From an uncultured Clostridium sp. (GTDB taxonomy: Bacteria; Bacillota_I; Bacilli_A; RF39; UBA660), in NCBI GenBank assembly GCA_964649245.1, contig CAZYOS010000001.1, forward strand, positions 5,242 to 69,241: 64,000 bases of DNA, written 5' to 3'. Position numbers and translations under genes: made by a program. The notes below the pieces were generated by a model, which worked only from the letters and a program-made list of their open reading frames with translations, had not been told where the DNA came from and made no database searches. This document shows, piece by piece, positions 49,017-59,648 of this stretch. Numbering within the stretch: the stretch's first letter is position 1; the number at the start of each line of letters is the position of its first letter.

Positions 49017-50051
49017 CTACTTGTCTCCTGTTTTCTTAACTACTTTTTCATCTTTATTTGCATCATTAATACTAAATAAATCTTTCCTTACTTTTTCTTC
49101 TATTTCATTAAATAATTTAGGATTATTTTTAAATAATATTTTAACATTTTCTTTGCCTTGGCCTATCTTTTCACCTTTATAACTAAACCATGCACCACTT
49201 TTATCAATTATACCTAAATTAGATGCTATATCAACTACTTCTCCTGTCCTAGATATACCTTCTCCATACATGATTTCAACTTCAGCAACTTTAAATGGAG
49301 GAGCAACTTTATTTTTAACTACTTTAATATTAGTTTTATTACCAATTATGTCCGTTCCAACTTTAATTTGTTCTCCACGTCTAACATCTAATCTAACTGA
49401 AGAATAAAATTTAAGAGCTCTTCCTCCCGGTGTAGTTTCAGGATTTCCAAACATAATTCCAACTTTTTCTCTTAATTGATTTATAAATATACATATTGTA
49501 TTAGTCTTACTTATAACACCGCTTAATTTTCTAAGAGCTTGAGACATTAATCTTGCTTGAAGACCAACATGAGCATCTCCCATTTCTCCTTCTATTTCAG
49601 CTTGTGGAACTAATGCAGCAACTGAATCTACAACAACGATGCTCATTGCTTCACTTCTAACTAAAGCTTCAACAATTTCTAATGCTTGTTCACCAGTATC
49701 AGGTTGAGATAACAATAGTTCATCAATATCAACTCCTAATTTTTTAGCATATACTGGATCTAATGCATGTTCAGCATCAATAAATGCAGCTTTTCCCCCC
49801 GACTTTTGTACTTCAGCTATAGCGTGTAATGCTATCGTAGTTTTACCACTAGACTCAGGACCAAATATTTCTATTATTCTTCCCTTTGGATACCCTCCAA
49901 CTCCTAATGCTTGATCTAATGCAATAGAACCACTAGATATAACATCTATATTTTTAATACCTCTTTCTCCTAATTTCATAATGGCACCTTTTCCAAATTG
50001 TTTCTCAATATCTGCCATTACTTGTTCAAGTGCTTTGTCTTTATCTTTCAT
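49017..50051 (-). CDS. recA: recombinase RecA
   Basis: 344 aa. Walker [10 protein letters not shown]. Full-length collinearity with RecA (L1/L2 loops, [15 protein letters not shown]). Confidence 0.95.
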   Translation of the reverse strand: MKDKDKALEQVMADIEKQFGKGAIMKLGERGIKNIDVISSGSIALDQALGVGGYPKGRIIEIFGPESSGKTTIALHAIAEVQKSGGKAAFIDAEHALDPVYAKKLGVDIDELLLSQPDTGEQALEIVEALVRSEAMSIVVVDSVAALVPQAEIEGEMGDAHVGLQARLMSQALRKLSGVISKTNTICIFINQLREKVGIMFGNPETTPGGRALKFYSSVRLDVRRGEQIKVGTDIIGNKTNIKVVKNKVAPPFKVAEVEIMYGEGISRTGEVVDIASNLGIIDKSGAWFSYKGEKIGQGKENVKILFKNNPKLFNEIEEKVRKDLFSINDANKDEKVVKKTGDK

Positions 50052-50073
50052 ATGTTTTCTCCTTCATAACTTA

Positions 50074-50126
50074 ATTGTAATTCAAAAAAATATCTTTGTC
50101 AACACTTTTTTACAAACATTTGTTTG
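50074..50126 (-). promoter_or_regulatory. recA promoter (TTGACA-17-TACAAT) with upstream LexA/Cheo-like palindrome CAAAC-N4-GTTTG
   Basis: Minus strand: CAAACAAATGTTTG (plus 50113-50126), then 10 nt, then TTGACA (50097-50102), a 17-nt spacer, TACAAT (50074-50079), and RBS GAAGGAG before the ATG at 50051. Confidence 0.5.
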
Positions 50127-50247
50127 ACATATTTTATTTTTAGATATTAATAGATTTTAATAATTAAATTTATAATTAAATACTTAGTTATTTCTACCAT
50201 TTTTATAGTAATTAAAAAAGCTAAAATTAAATTTTAACTTTTATACT

Positions 50248-50853
50248 TTATTTTACATCAGCAAAATATTTTTTATTTTTAACATAATATTCTATACCAC
50301 TATATACGGATAATACTGTTGCAATTAATACTAATACTGAAGCAACATCTATATTCCATAACTCAAATGGTAAATTATAGAAGAACATTAAAGTTAATCC
50401 CACTAACATAATAGCTGTTTTCCATTTACCTGCTTTTGATGCTCCTACTACTCCAGACTTTTGCCCTGCTATCATTTTTATTGAATCGACTATAGTATCT
50501 CTAGATATAACCACAACAGGTATTATAGGACTAATATATCCATTAACAGCAAACATTATTAATACACCATTAACAAGTACTTTATCAGCAATAGCATCTA
50601 ATACTTTACCAAAGTCAGTAACTAAATTATATTTTCTTGCTAAATAGCCATCTAAATAATCAGTTAAAGCTGCTACTAAAAACATAATACCACATATTAT
50701 ATATTTACTATCAACGATTATAGTTCCTTTAGATGCCACTATTTCAAATGCTGGAAAATCAATACCTATTCTTTCTATTGGGAATACCATTAACAGTATT
50801 AGTAACACCGATAAAATTATTCTACACATTGTTATTTTATTAGGAACGTTCAT
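50248..50853 (-). CDS. pgsA: CDP-diacylglycerol--glycerol-3-phosphate 3-phosphatidyltransferase
   Basis: CDP-alcohol phosphatidyltransferase motif DYLDGYLARKYNLVTDFGKVLDAIADKV. Order rodZ-pgsA-(cinA)-recA as in Bacillus. Confidence 0.85.
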   Translation of the reverse strand: MNVPNKITMCRIILSVLLILLMVFPIERIGIDFPAFEIVASKGTIIVDSKYIICGIMFLVAALTDYLDGYLARKYNLVTDFGKVLDAIADKVLVNGVLIMFAVNGYISPIIPVVVISRDTIVDSIKMIAGQKSGVVGASKAGKWKTAIMLVGLTLMFFYNLPFELWNIDVASVLVLIATVLSVYSGIEYYVKNKKYFADVK

Positions 50854-50855
50854 TA

Positions 50856-51344
50856 TTAGTTTCTCCTTTCACTTATAACATAATTTACACTATTCATATT
50901 AATTTTATTATTTAAGTAAGCTACCATTAAGTACACTATTACTATTAGTAAAAGTATACCACTAACATATAATAATACATACTTAGTTTTTTTAGGTTTA
51001 TTAACTTTTGTATAGGGAGATATTACCTTTTCAACATTAGATTTCTTTTCAAGTATATTTATTTCTCTAGTTTGTTCAAGTATATCTTCTACTGGTATTC
51101 TTGATGTATATCCAAATATAAAATCATTAAATGTATTCATAATATCGTCTTCATCTAAATTAAGATATTTAGCATACTTTTTAACTAAGTCTTTTAGAAA
51201 GAAAACATCTTTAAACGCATTAGCATTACCATCTTCAAGATTTTCTAATTGTCCTGAAGTAATATTTAAGTCTTTCATTACTTCTTCTTCAGATATACCA
51301 ATACTTTCTCTTGCTAATCTGAAGCTTTCACCTATGTCCTTCAC
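50856..51344 (-). CDS. RodZ-like XRE-HTH membrane protein (short form)
   Basis: N-terminal HTH (FRLARESIGISEEEVMKDLNITSGQLENLE), one TM helix near the C-terminus. Position immediately upstream of pgsA, as for ymfM/rodZ. Confidence 0.5.
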   Translation of the reverse strand: MKDIGESFRLARESIGISEEEVMKDLNITSGQLENLEDGNANAFKDVFFLKDLVKKYAKYLNLDEDDIMNTFNDFIFGYTSRIPVEDILEQTREINILEKKSNVEKVISPYTKVNKPKKTKYVLLYVSGILLLIVIVYLMVAYLNNKINMNSVNYVISERRN

Positions 51345-51361
51345 TATATCTCCTTATTAAT

Positions 51362-51724
51362 TGTAAATAAATAATCTTTAATAAGCCATGTTCTGTACCA
51401 CAAGGGTGACAAACATCTATCTAAGATTTCTCTTTCTTTACTCTTTTATTATTCATTCGTAAAAATTCCCCTACCAATTTTGGGTTTCTCACTCGCGGGG
51501 TTTACCACGTTCCACTCTAAGTATCCCTACCTAGTATCGTCACTTTGGCACTTTTATATTTACTTTAATCAGTTCTTGATTATTTCAAAGCCGTTAATCA
51601 AAAAGATTACCTAAGGTTATTTTTTCCCTTAGCGCGATCATTACGTCCATTACAGGTCCGTGTGAGCATGGACTTTCCTCTACATAATAATATGCAGCGT
51701 TTGTCTAAAAAATTATTTATTCAC
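51362..51724 (-). ncRNA. rnpB: RNase P RNA, type B (Firmicutes)
   Basis: The minus-strand transcript contains GAGGAAAGTCCATGCTCACACGG, AAAGTGCCAAAGTGACGA, AGAGTGGAACGTGGTAAACCCCGCGAGTGAGAAACCCAAAATTGGTAGGGGAA and ACAGAACATGGCTTA, collinear with B. subtilis rnpB. P1 helix AATAAATAAT/ATTATTTATT. Confidence 0.85.
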
Positions 51725-52031
51725 CATATACTACTTTTTCTAAGTCACTAATTCTTTTTAATAAGTCAACATTAGTAACACTCTTATTAGAGCCGGCTAT
51801 TTCTAATTTAAATTTAAGATTTCTTATTTCAGCTTTAAGTTTAGAATTATCATCTTCTAATACTTTAATTTCATTTACTAATCTCTTAGTTGTTGTTTCA
51901 AAATCAAGATAGTCTTTTATTATTAGATCAAGAAACTGGTCAACTTCTTGTGGCCTATATCCCCTAGCATCTATTTTAAAGTCTTTATCCAATATTTCTT
52001 TAGCAGTTAAAAATCTTTTTTCCTCATACAT
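51717..52031 (-). CDS. gpsB: cell-cycle protein GpsB (DivIVA-domain)
   Basis: 104 aa. LTAKEILDKDFKIDARGYRPQEVDQFLD DivIVA N-domain plus a C-terminal coiled-coil. Adjacent to rnpB as in B. subtilis. Confidence 0.75.
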   Translation of the reverse strand: MYEEKRFLTAKEILDKDFKIDARGYRPQEVDQFLDLIIKDYLDFETTTKRLVNEIKVLEDDNSKLKAEIRNLKFKLEIAGSNKSVTNVDLLKRISDLEKVVYGE

Positions 52032-52092
52032 CTTTATAGCCTCTCTTCCAGTCTAATTATACAAAATATTGTAGTGTTTTGTCAATTATATA

Positions 52093-52821
52093 CTACTCTG
52101 TAAAATAATTATTAAAATAATCTTCAATTGATGAAAAATTATTTGCATTTATGTTTCCAAATTCAATTGTATATGCATAATTTTCATATTCAGAATTATT
52201 AAAATATTTATCAACATTTTTATAATCTATTTCAATTGAATCTATCATTACATTTTTTAATACTATTTTTATAGGTATTTCTGTTTCTTCACTTGTTACT
52301 TCGCTTTTATTATATATTTTATTGTATTCATCTAAATAATTCTTTAGTGATATATGTGCATATATAGTATTATCTTTAGTCTCTTCTCTCTCAGATTTTT
52401 CAACGATTGCTTTTAACATGTCTATATCATAGTATAAACTTTCAAAATTTGAAATTAATTTTTCATCATTAGTTTCAATTAAAGAAGACTCATCATAATC
52501 AGAAACTGATGATAAAGTATACCATTTGTCACTATAATTTAATAATCCTTCATCTAAAAAAGTATCACTAGTATATATACAAGCTCCATTTCCACAGTTA
52601 ATTTCAAGCTTGCTTTCAGCACCATTAAGATTCTTATTAACTCTAATAGTATAGTTATCTACAAGAAGATCTAATCTATCTTTTAATGACACAGTAGCAA
52701 CATTAGTATTATTGTCTCTAATGCTATATGCATTTTCTAAAACAAAATAACCTATTAATATAAATACTATGATTATAATAATTAATTCTTCTTTAAATTT
52801 TTTATCAACTTTTTTTAACAT
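52093..52821 (-). CDS. N-terminally anchored extracytoplasmic protein, unknown
   Basis: 242 aa, one TM helix, acidic, N/Y-rich. Overlaps the fmt stop. Confidence 0.35.
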   Translation of the reverse strand: MLKKVDKKFKEELIIIIIVFILIGYFVLENAYSIRDNNTNVATVSLKDRLDLLVDNYTIRVNKNLNGAESKLEINCGNGACIYTSDTFLDEGLLNYSDKWYTLSSVSDYDESSLIETNDEKLISNFESLYYDIDMLKAIVEKSEREETKDNTIYAHISLKNYLDEYNKIYNKSEVTSEETEIPIKIVLKNVMIDSIEIDYKNVDKYFNNSEYENYAYTIEFGNINANNFSSIEDYFNNYFTE

Positions 52822-53744
52822 AATATTTCTCCTAATAAATTTCTTTTTCCATTAAGATATTCACTTGCATACATTTCTTTTTTACCAGATGGTTTAACTT
52901 TAGTAATTATTATTTCTCCATCTTTAGTCTTAACTCCAAATCCGTCTTTATATATATTTATTACTTCTCCTATTTTCCCTTTAGCTGAAAAGTTTCCTAT
53001 TCTAGATTCACATATTTTCAGAACTTCATTATTTATATTTGCATATGATACCGGAAATGGATATAACCCTCTTATTAAGTTATATATATTTTTAGTAGTA
53101 TTATTAAAATCAATATGTTCTTCATCATGTTTAATAACGTATGCATAAGTTACTTCATCTTCATTTTGTTTTATTCTAGTATTTGTATTATTGAATATAC
53201 TTGGTAGTGTTTCCTTTAATAAATCTCTTCCTAATTCACTAAGCTTATCGTGTATATTACCTACATTATCATTTTCTAAAATAGGAATAGATTTTTGAAC
53301 TATTATATCTCCATCATCCATTCCAGGAGCCATATACATAATTGTAACTCCAGTTTCTTTATACCCATTAATTATAGATCTATGAAGTGGTGCTCCACCT
53401 CTTAATTTTGGTAATAGTGATGCATGCACATTAATTGCCTTATACAAAGGTGTATATAATAATTCATTAGGTACTATTTGTCCATAAGCACAAGTTATTA
53501 TAATATCCGGATTAGATTCTAGTATATGCTCATATTCACTTCTAATTTTATTTGGTTGGAATACTTCTATATTATTGTCTAAAGCAACTTGTTTAACAGG
53601 AGAAAAAGTTATTTCTTGTTTTCTTCCTACTAAAGAATCTTTTTGAGTAACTACCATTATAACATTGGTTTCTTTTATAAGCATTTTTAGAACTGGTACA
53701 CTGAACAAAGGTGTGCCCATAAAAACTACTCTTTTATCTTTCAT
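52815..53744 (-). CDS. fmt: methionyl-tRNA formyltransferase
   Basis: RVVFMGTPLFSVPVLKML, a formyltransferase core with HASLLP and LRGGAPL motifs, C-terminal domain. Confidence 0.9.
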   Translation of the reverse strand: MKDKRVVFMGTPLFSVPVLKMLIKETNVIMVVTQKDSLVGRKQEITFSPVKQVALDNNIEVFQPNKIRSEYEHILESNPDIIITCAYGQIVPNELLYTPLYKAINVHASLLPKLRGGAPLHRSIINGYKETGVTIMYMAPGMDDGDIIVQKSIPILENDNVGNIHDKLSELGRDLLKETLPSIFNNTNTRIKQNEDEVTYAYVIKHDEEHIDFNNTTKNIYNLIRGLYPFPVSYANINNEVLKICESRIGNFSAKGKIGEVINIYKDGFGVKTKDGEIIITKVKPSGKKEMYASEYLNGKRNLLGEILC

Positions 53745-53775
53745 GATTATCTCCTTCTAAACTTATTAAATTATA

Positions 53776-55932
53776 TCAAATATTAATATTAATATCTAGT
53801 TTCAACTTATTAGTAGTAAAATTATCATTAATATTATTAAGTACGTCAATCAAGTTCTTAATTTGTTTATATTTTATCATTATTACAAAATGATATTTGT
53901 TTTTGAGTCTAAATATTCCCGCCATAGCAGGACCAAGTATTATAAAATTATTATTCAAATTACTATCTAAATATTTTTTTACTGTATTAGAACTTTTAAG
54001 AGCTAAATCATAATCTTCACTTATTATTTCAATACTACATATGTAAAAATATGGAGGATATTTAAGATTCATTCTTATATTCATTTCATAATTATAGAAC
54101 TCTTCATAATTATTCTTAATTACTGATTTATATACATAATTATTAGTATTGTATGTTTGAATAAGAACTTTCCCCGGTATATTAAACCTACCAACTCTAC
54201 CAGATGTTTGACTAAGTAATTCATATGTCCTTTCACCACTTCTAAAATCAGGTATTGAAAGAGATGAATCCGCATTTATTATTCCAACTAATGATACATT
54301 TTCAAAATTAAGTCCTTTTGATATCATTTGAGTTCCAACTAAAATATTATACTTTTTTGTAGCAAATTCATTTATTAATATTTGATGTGCATTTTTATGA
54401 CTAGTAGTATCCGCATCCATTCTAAGAACAGATGTATTATATTTTTCTTTTAATAATTGTTCTAATTTTTCAGTACCTAATCCTAAATCTTTTATAGCTT
54501 CTTCATGACATTTAGGACATATATTACTGCTTTTAGTTCTATATCCACAATAATGGCAAGAATAACTATCAGAGCTTTTATGGTAGATTAAAGATATATC
54601 ACAATTAGGACACTTATAAACATATCCACAATTAGTACAAGAAAGGAACGTACTATATCCTCTTCTATTAAGAAGAATAATTATCTGTTCATTCTTTTCT
54701 AATGCACTTTTTATTTCATAATCTAGTTTACTACTAATGATATAATTATGCTTTTTAGCTTCTTTTTCCATATCAACAAGCTCTATTTTAGGAAAACTTC
54801 CACTAATTCTAGATTTAAGTTCAATGAATTCATATACACCCTTTTTAGCTCTCGCAAACTGCTCCAATGAAGGAGTTGCACTACCTAATATAACTTTTGA
54901 ACTATTAAATTTTCCCCTTTCAAAAGCTATATCAATAGCATTATATTTAGGATTATTTTCTTGTTTATAGGTAGCACTTTGGCATTCATCTATTATTATT
55001 AATCCTATATTTTTTAACGGCATAAATATAGCACTTCTAGCTCCTACCACTACACTAATTTCGCCTCTCATTATTTTTCTATATTCATCATACTTTTCGC
55101 CTTCACTTAATGCACTATGAAAAATAGCGACATCACTTTTAAATACGCTCTTAAATCTAGCTACTATTTGTGGCGTAAGTGATATTTCAGGTACTAGTAC
55201 GATAGATGTTTTTTTATTATTTAAAGCATCTTCAATAAGTTTAATATATATTTCAGTCTTTCCGCTTCCGGTAACCCCATATAATAAGAATTTATCTGAA
55301 CAACTATTTATTATTTTATTATATGATTCTAACTGATCATTAGTAAGAATAATATTTTTTTTATTTTGTTCTATTATATTTGTTTCGCGGTATAATTCCT
55401 GTATTCTTTCATTAACAATTCCTTTTAATATAAGTTTTTTAACAGCCGAACTATTTAAATCTTTTTTATTGCATTCGCCATCTAGTAGTTTATTAATAAT
55501 ATCTATTTCAGCTGTATTTCTTTTATGTGATAAAATATATGAAGAAACATCAAAATCTTTATTTAATGAAATAATATAATTATATTTTCTATTTATGGTT
55601 GTTTTTTTACTTGCTTTTAGTGCTTTAGGAAGCATTGATTGATAGCAGGATATTAAATTGCATACTAAAGACTTACTCATTGTCTTTCCTAACATAAGTA
55701 GTTCATCATTTAAATAAAAATCACTCTCAACTATTTTAATAATTTCTCTATATTCAATACTATCATCATAATTATTATGTATTTTAAGTACAAATCCTTC
55801 TACTTCTTTACTTGCAAAAGGGACAATAACTTTGTGTCCTACTTTTAAATTCATAATAGAACTAGGTATTTTATAATCAAATACCTTATTAAGTGATTTA
55901 ACAGAATATTCTATTAATACACTTGCTAACAT
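53776..55932 (-). CDS. priA: primosomal protein N' (PriA helicase)
   Basis: 718 aa. Walker A GVTGSGKTE, DEAH-like IIDECQ, Cys-rich zinc insert CTNCGYVYKCPNCDISLIYHKSSDSYSCHYCGY. Confidence 0.9.
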   Translation of the reverse strand: MLASVLIEYSVKSLNKVFDYKIPSSIMNLKVGHKVIVPFASKEVEGFVLKIHNNYDDSIEYREIIKIVESDFYLNDELLMLGKTMSKSLVCNLISCYQSMLPKALKASKKTTINRKYNYIISLNKDFDVSSYILSHKRNTAEIDIINKLLDGECNKKDLNSSAVKKLILKGIVNERIQELYRETNIIEQNKKNIILTNDQLESYNKIINSCSDKFLLYGVTGSGKTEIYIKLIEDALNNKKTSIVLVPEISLTPQIVARFKSVFKSDVAIFHSALSEGEKYDEYRKIMRGEISVVVGARSAIFMPLKNIGLIIIDECQSATYKQENNPKYNAIDIAFERGKFNSSKVILGSATPSLEQFARAKKGVYEFIELKSRISGSFPKIELVDMEKEAKKHNYIISSKLDYEIKSALEKNEQIIILLNRRGYSTFLSCTNCGYVYKCPNCDISLIYHKSSDSYSCHYCGYRTKSSNICPKCHEEAIKDLGLGTEKLEQLLKEKYNTSVLRMDADTTSHKNAHQILINEFATKKYNILVGTQMISKGLNFENVSLVGIINADSSLSIPDFRSGERTYELLSQTSGRVGRFNIPGKVLIQTYNTNNYVYKSVIKNNYEEFYNYEMNIRMNLKYPPYFYICSIEIISEDYDLALKSSNTVKKYLDSNLNNNFIILGPAMAGIFRLKNKYHFVIMIKYKQIKNLIDVLNNINDNFTTNKLKLDININI

Positions 55933-55933
55933 A

Positions 55934-56464
55934 TTATATACCTTTTAAAAAAGGATTATTTGCTAATTCATTTTTAACATTTGTAATCTCACCATGTCCA
56001 GGATATATAATAGTTCCTATAGGTAAATATTTAATTATTTTTAAACTCTTTAACATGTCTTCTTCATTATCATCATCATCATTACCAATAGTATCTTTAA
56101 ATATAAAGTCTCCACTAAAAAATATATTTTCACGATTAAAATAATAAGAACAACTGTCTAATGTATGTCCTAATGTTTCAACCACTTTAAAACTGAATGT
56201 ATCTATTATTACATCATCTTTATTTTTATAATCTATTATTTTAGCATCAGGATACATATTTTTCATATATTCTAATGCACCTACATGATCAAAATGATAA
56301 TGTGTTATTAATATACCTTTAATTTTTAATTTAAGTTTATTTATTTCAAAAATAATCTTTTCAGGATCACTTCCGGGATCAATTATTAGTCCAGATATTT
56401 CATCATGTATAATATAACAATTTTCATTTAGATATCCAGTCACTACCTTACTTACTTTTAACAT
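55934..56464 (-). CDS. metallo-beta-lactamase fold hydrolase (glyoxalase II-like)
   Basis: ILITHYHFDHVGAL (HxHxDH), downstream His/Asp ligands. Confidence 0.7.
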   Translation of the reverse strand: MLKVSKVVTGYLNENCYIIHDEISGLIIDPGSDPEKIIFEINKLKLKIKGILITHYHFDHVGALEYMKNMYPDAKIIDYKNKDDVIIDTFSFKVVETLGHTLDSCSYYFNRENIFFSGDFIFKDTIGNDDDDNEEDMLKSLKIIKYLPIGTIIYPGHGEITNVKNELANNPFLKGI

Positions 56465-56967
56465 TATTCCTCCTTAAACATATCAATTAACATATTTAAT
56501 TTATCTATTACTAAAAATCCATGAGATTCAAGTGTTTTAGAAAATCTTACTCCTATTCCACCTTTAGACTCCCATTCAGTTAAATTACCAGCATAATCAT
56601 CAACTAAAATAGCTCCCTCACAGTGTATTATTTCAGTCTTTTGAATACTTTTAGGAACTATTATCACTGTTAAATCACTAAAATATTTTTTGATGTATTT
56701 GATTTTGACTTCCGCTTCACTTAATGAATTTACATGAGTCAATATACTTACTTCAAAAAGATCACTTTCTAGCACTTCTTTAATACAATTAATAGAATCA
56801 TTTAAAATATATTTATCATTTACTATATTATTAAAATCATATTTGCTAATAAAATCGCATGATTCTTTTGTCCATTTTGGATCTATTCCATTTTTATTCA
56901 ATTCTTTATATAATGGAGGAATTGTATCAAGTATTACTCCATCAAAATCAATATATAATCTTTTCAT
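56464..56967 (-). CDS. HAD-superfamily hydrolase (5'(3')-deoxyribonucleotidase-like)
   Basis: N-terminal DxD motif YIDFDGVILDT. Small 167-aa HAD core. Confidence 0.5.
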   Translation of the reverse strand: MKRLYIDFDGVILDTIPPLYKELNKNGIDPKWTKESCDFISKYDFNNIVNDKYILNDSINCIKEVLESDLFEVSILTHVNSLSEAEVKIKYIKKYFSDLTVIIVPKSIQKTEIIHCEGAILVDDYAGNLTEWESKGGIGVRFSKTLESHGFLVIDKLNMLIDMFKEE

Positions 56968-57021
56968 TTTATACCTCTAAACATATTATACTATAATAAA
57001 AAATTATTGGAAATAAAAATG

Positions 57022-57618
57022 TTATTCAGAAATAACATTTTCATTCACTAAGAACTTTTCGACTTTATTATCCTTTGTTTTAGCATATATTTCAGTAGTA
57101 GAACATAAATAATCAGTCTTATTTAACTTGACCATAAAATTACTATATAATGAATCTCTATTAAGTTCACCAAATGCTTTATTAGCAAGTATACCATTAT
57201 GATAATCACTTACATATATTTTTCCTTTGTCAGTAAGTATTAAATATATGAATTCATCAGCACATGATTCAGTAGATACTTCAACAGAAGTTACTTTACC
57301 ATCAATATAATCATATTCCATTATTTCATTATTTTCAGAATCAACAAATACTAATATGTCATCTACTATTTCAAGAGTTCCGCTAACCATAGCATCAGTA
57401 TCATAATTGTATACATTTATGACGCTAATCTTATCTTTTTTAGTCCATTCATATGAAACTTTATCAATAGTTTCACAAGTATATCCACTTGTACATTCTA
57501 TTTCATTTATAGTGTTATCTTCCAATTTTTCTTTATTAGGTATAACTTCATAATAATATACAAAACCTCCTAATAAAAATAATACAATTATAAATACAAT
57601 TAATTTAATATTTTTCAT
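57022..57618 (-). CDS. N-terminally anchored extracytoplasmic protein, unknown
   Basis: 198 aa. Signal/anchor helix, Cys-containing. Confidence 0.35.
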   Translation of the reverse strand: MKNIKLIVFIIVLFLLGGFVYYYEVIPNKEKLEDNTINEIECTSGYTCETIDKVSYEWTKKDKISVINVYNYDTDAMVSGTLEIVDDILVFVDSENNEIMEYDYIDGKVTSVEVSTESCADEFIYLILTDKGKIYVSDYHNGILANKAFGELNRDSLYSNFMVKLNKTDYLCSTTEIYAKTKDNKVEKFLVNENVISE

Positions 57619-57633
57619 TATTCCTCCAAAATA

Positions 57634-59043
57634 TTACTTTACAATCTCTCCGTCAAGTGAAAAACTTTTTGCATCAGTTATTTTTACATCAATTATTTTT
57701 CCAATTGTTGACATTGGAGCATCTATATTAACAAGTTTCATGTTTTCTGTATATCCACTTACTTTAGTGTTATCTTTATCACTCTTTCCAATAATTAAGC
57801 ACTTTTGAACAGTATTAAGCATTCTCTTGTTAGACTCATTACTATATTTATTTATAACTTCATTTAATCTATGTAGTCTATCCATCTTAGTTTCTTCATT
57901 TACAGTTTCTTTCATTAACATAGCAGGCGTATTTTCACGGGGAGAAAATGCAAATGTAAACGCTCCATCAAATTTACACTCATTTACAATGCTTAATGTC
58001 TCTTCAAAATCTTCTTCAGTTTCTCCAGGGAATCCTACAATTATATCTGTTGTAATAGAAACATTCTTAACTTTATTTCTTATCTGATTATATAATTTCA
58101 TATATTCTTCTCTTGAATATCTTCTATTCATTAATTTTAATATTTTATTACTACCAGATTGAATAGGTAAATGAATATATGGCATTACATTTTTCTTTTC
58201 AGCAATAACATCAACCATGCTATCAGTAAAGTCCCAAGGATGAGATGTAACAAATCTAATTCTATCAATACCTATATCACTAACATCAGATAATAAGTTT
58301 GCTAAATTATAATTATCATATAAATCTTTACCATAGGCATTAACATTTTGTCCAAGTAAAGTTACTTCTTTATATCCATCTTCTTTTAATTTCTTAATTT
58401 CTTTAAGTATTTCTTCTTTCTTTCTGCTTCTTTCACATCCTCTAGTATAAGGGACTATACAATAAGTACAGAATTTATCACATCCAAGTATAATATTAAC
58501 CCAAGCACTATATTTTTCTTCCCTAACCATCGGAATATTTTCAACAACATCTCCTTCAAAACTTATTGATTCAACTTGTTGCTTTTTATCATTAATTGAA
58601 TTATATATTATATTAGGTAAATTATATAATTCATGCGTTCCACATATAAAATCAACATATTTATATTTATTCATAAGTTCAGTAACAACACTTTTTTCTT
58701 GACACATACAACCACAAATTCCTATAACGAGATTTTTATTTTCTTTCTTCATGTGATTTAAAACACCTAAAAAACCAAATACTTTATCGTGTGCATTTTC
58801 TCTAATTGCACAAGTATTTAAAATAATTATATCACTACCTTCAATAGTATTATTTTCTATATAACCAACAGATTCTAGCATTCCTTTAATGTTTTCAGAA
58901 TCATGTTTATTCATTTGACAACCGTATGTTCTTACATAATATTTTTTATTACTTCCATACTTTATTCCATTATATTCATAATCTTTATATATAACGGATG
59001 ATTTATGTCTTACTTTTGCTTTATTCATATCAGGTATATTCAT
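57634..59043 (-). CDS. miaB: tRNA-i6A37 methylthiotransferase MiaB (radical SAM MTTase)
   Basis: MTTase N-domain YVRTYGCQMNKHDSE, radical SAM CDKFCTYC, C-terminal TRAM domain. Confidence 0.85.
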   Translation of the reverse strand: MNIPDMNKAKVRHKSSVIYKDYEYNGIKYGSNKKYYVRTYGCQMNKHDSENIKGMLESVGYIENNTIEGSDIIILNTCAIRENAHDKVFGFLGVLNHMKKENKNLVIGICGCMCQEKSVVTELMNKYKYVDFICGTHELYNLPNIIYNSINDKKQQVESISFEGDVVENIPMVREEKYSAWVNIILGCDKFCTYCIVPYTRGCERSRKKEEILKEIKKLKEDGYKEVTLLGQNVNAYGKDLYDNYNLANLLSDVSDIGIDRIRFVTSHPWDFTDSMVDVIAEKKNVMPYIHLPIQSGSNKILKLMNRRYSREEYMKLYNQIRNKVKNVSITTDIIVGFPGETEEDFEETLSIVNECKFDGAFTFAFSPRENTPAMLMKETVNEETKMDRLHRLNEVINKYSNESNKRMLNTVQKCLIIGKSDKDNTKVSGYTENMKLVNIDAPMSTIGKIIDVKITDAKSFSLDGEIVK

Positions 59044-59102
59044 ATTTCTTCAACTCCATTGATATTATATCATGTATAGAAAAAAATGCATAACTAAATG
59101 CA

Positions 59103-59606
59103 TTATTTCATTAAAAGTTGTTGAGTACTTCCATCAGGATGAGTACATGTATAATTTTCAAAACTATATATAGAACCAGGAATGTTTGTTTCACATAAAT
59201 ATTTCATTGTAAGTTTTTTTTCAACTGGTAATATTAAAAATATAAATATTACTGCAGCTAACCCATAAGTACAAAGTCCAAATATCGCTCCTTCTAAAGC
59301 AGTCTTTGCTCTTACAGGTGTATCTTTTTTGCTCAGGAAATAAAATATTAATCCAACTGGTGGCAAAAAGAATCCAGTAGCGGCCATCCCTCTTGTTGAA
59401 GTATCATAATTTTTATGATTACTTTTAACAGTATTTGTATTATTAGCTTCTGGTTCTACATTTCTATTTATTATTTCATCATCTATACTAGCTTTTTGAA
59501 TAATTGTCTCATTACAATTAGGACATATTGTGGAGCCATCAGGTATTTCATTTCCACATTTAATACAATACATTAATATCACTCCTATTCTTTTTAATAA
59601 TATCAT
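59103..59606 (-). CDS. zinc-ribbon domain membrane protein
   Basis: N-terminal CIKCGNEIPDGSTICPNCNE zinc ribbon, then two TM helices. Confidence 0.45.
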   Translation of the reverse strand: MILLKRIGVILMYCIKCGNEIPDGSTICPNCNETIIQKASIDDEIINRNVEPEANNTNTVKSNHKNYDTSTRGMAATGFFLPPVGLIFYFLSKKDTPVRAKTALEGAIFGLCTYGLAAVIFIFLILPVEKKLTMKYLCETNIPGSIYSFENYTCTHPDGSTQQLLMK

Positions 59607-59648
59607 ATATTAATTTAATATTCAATAATTAATAATGATTATAATTTC

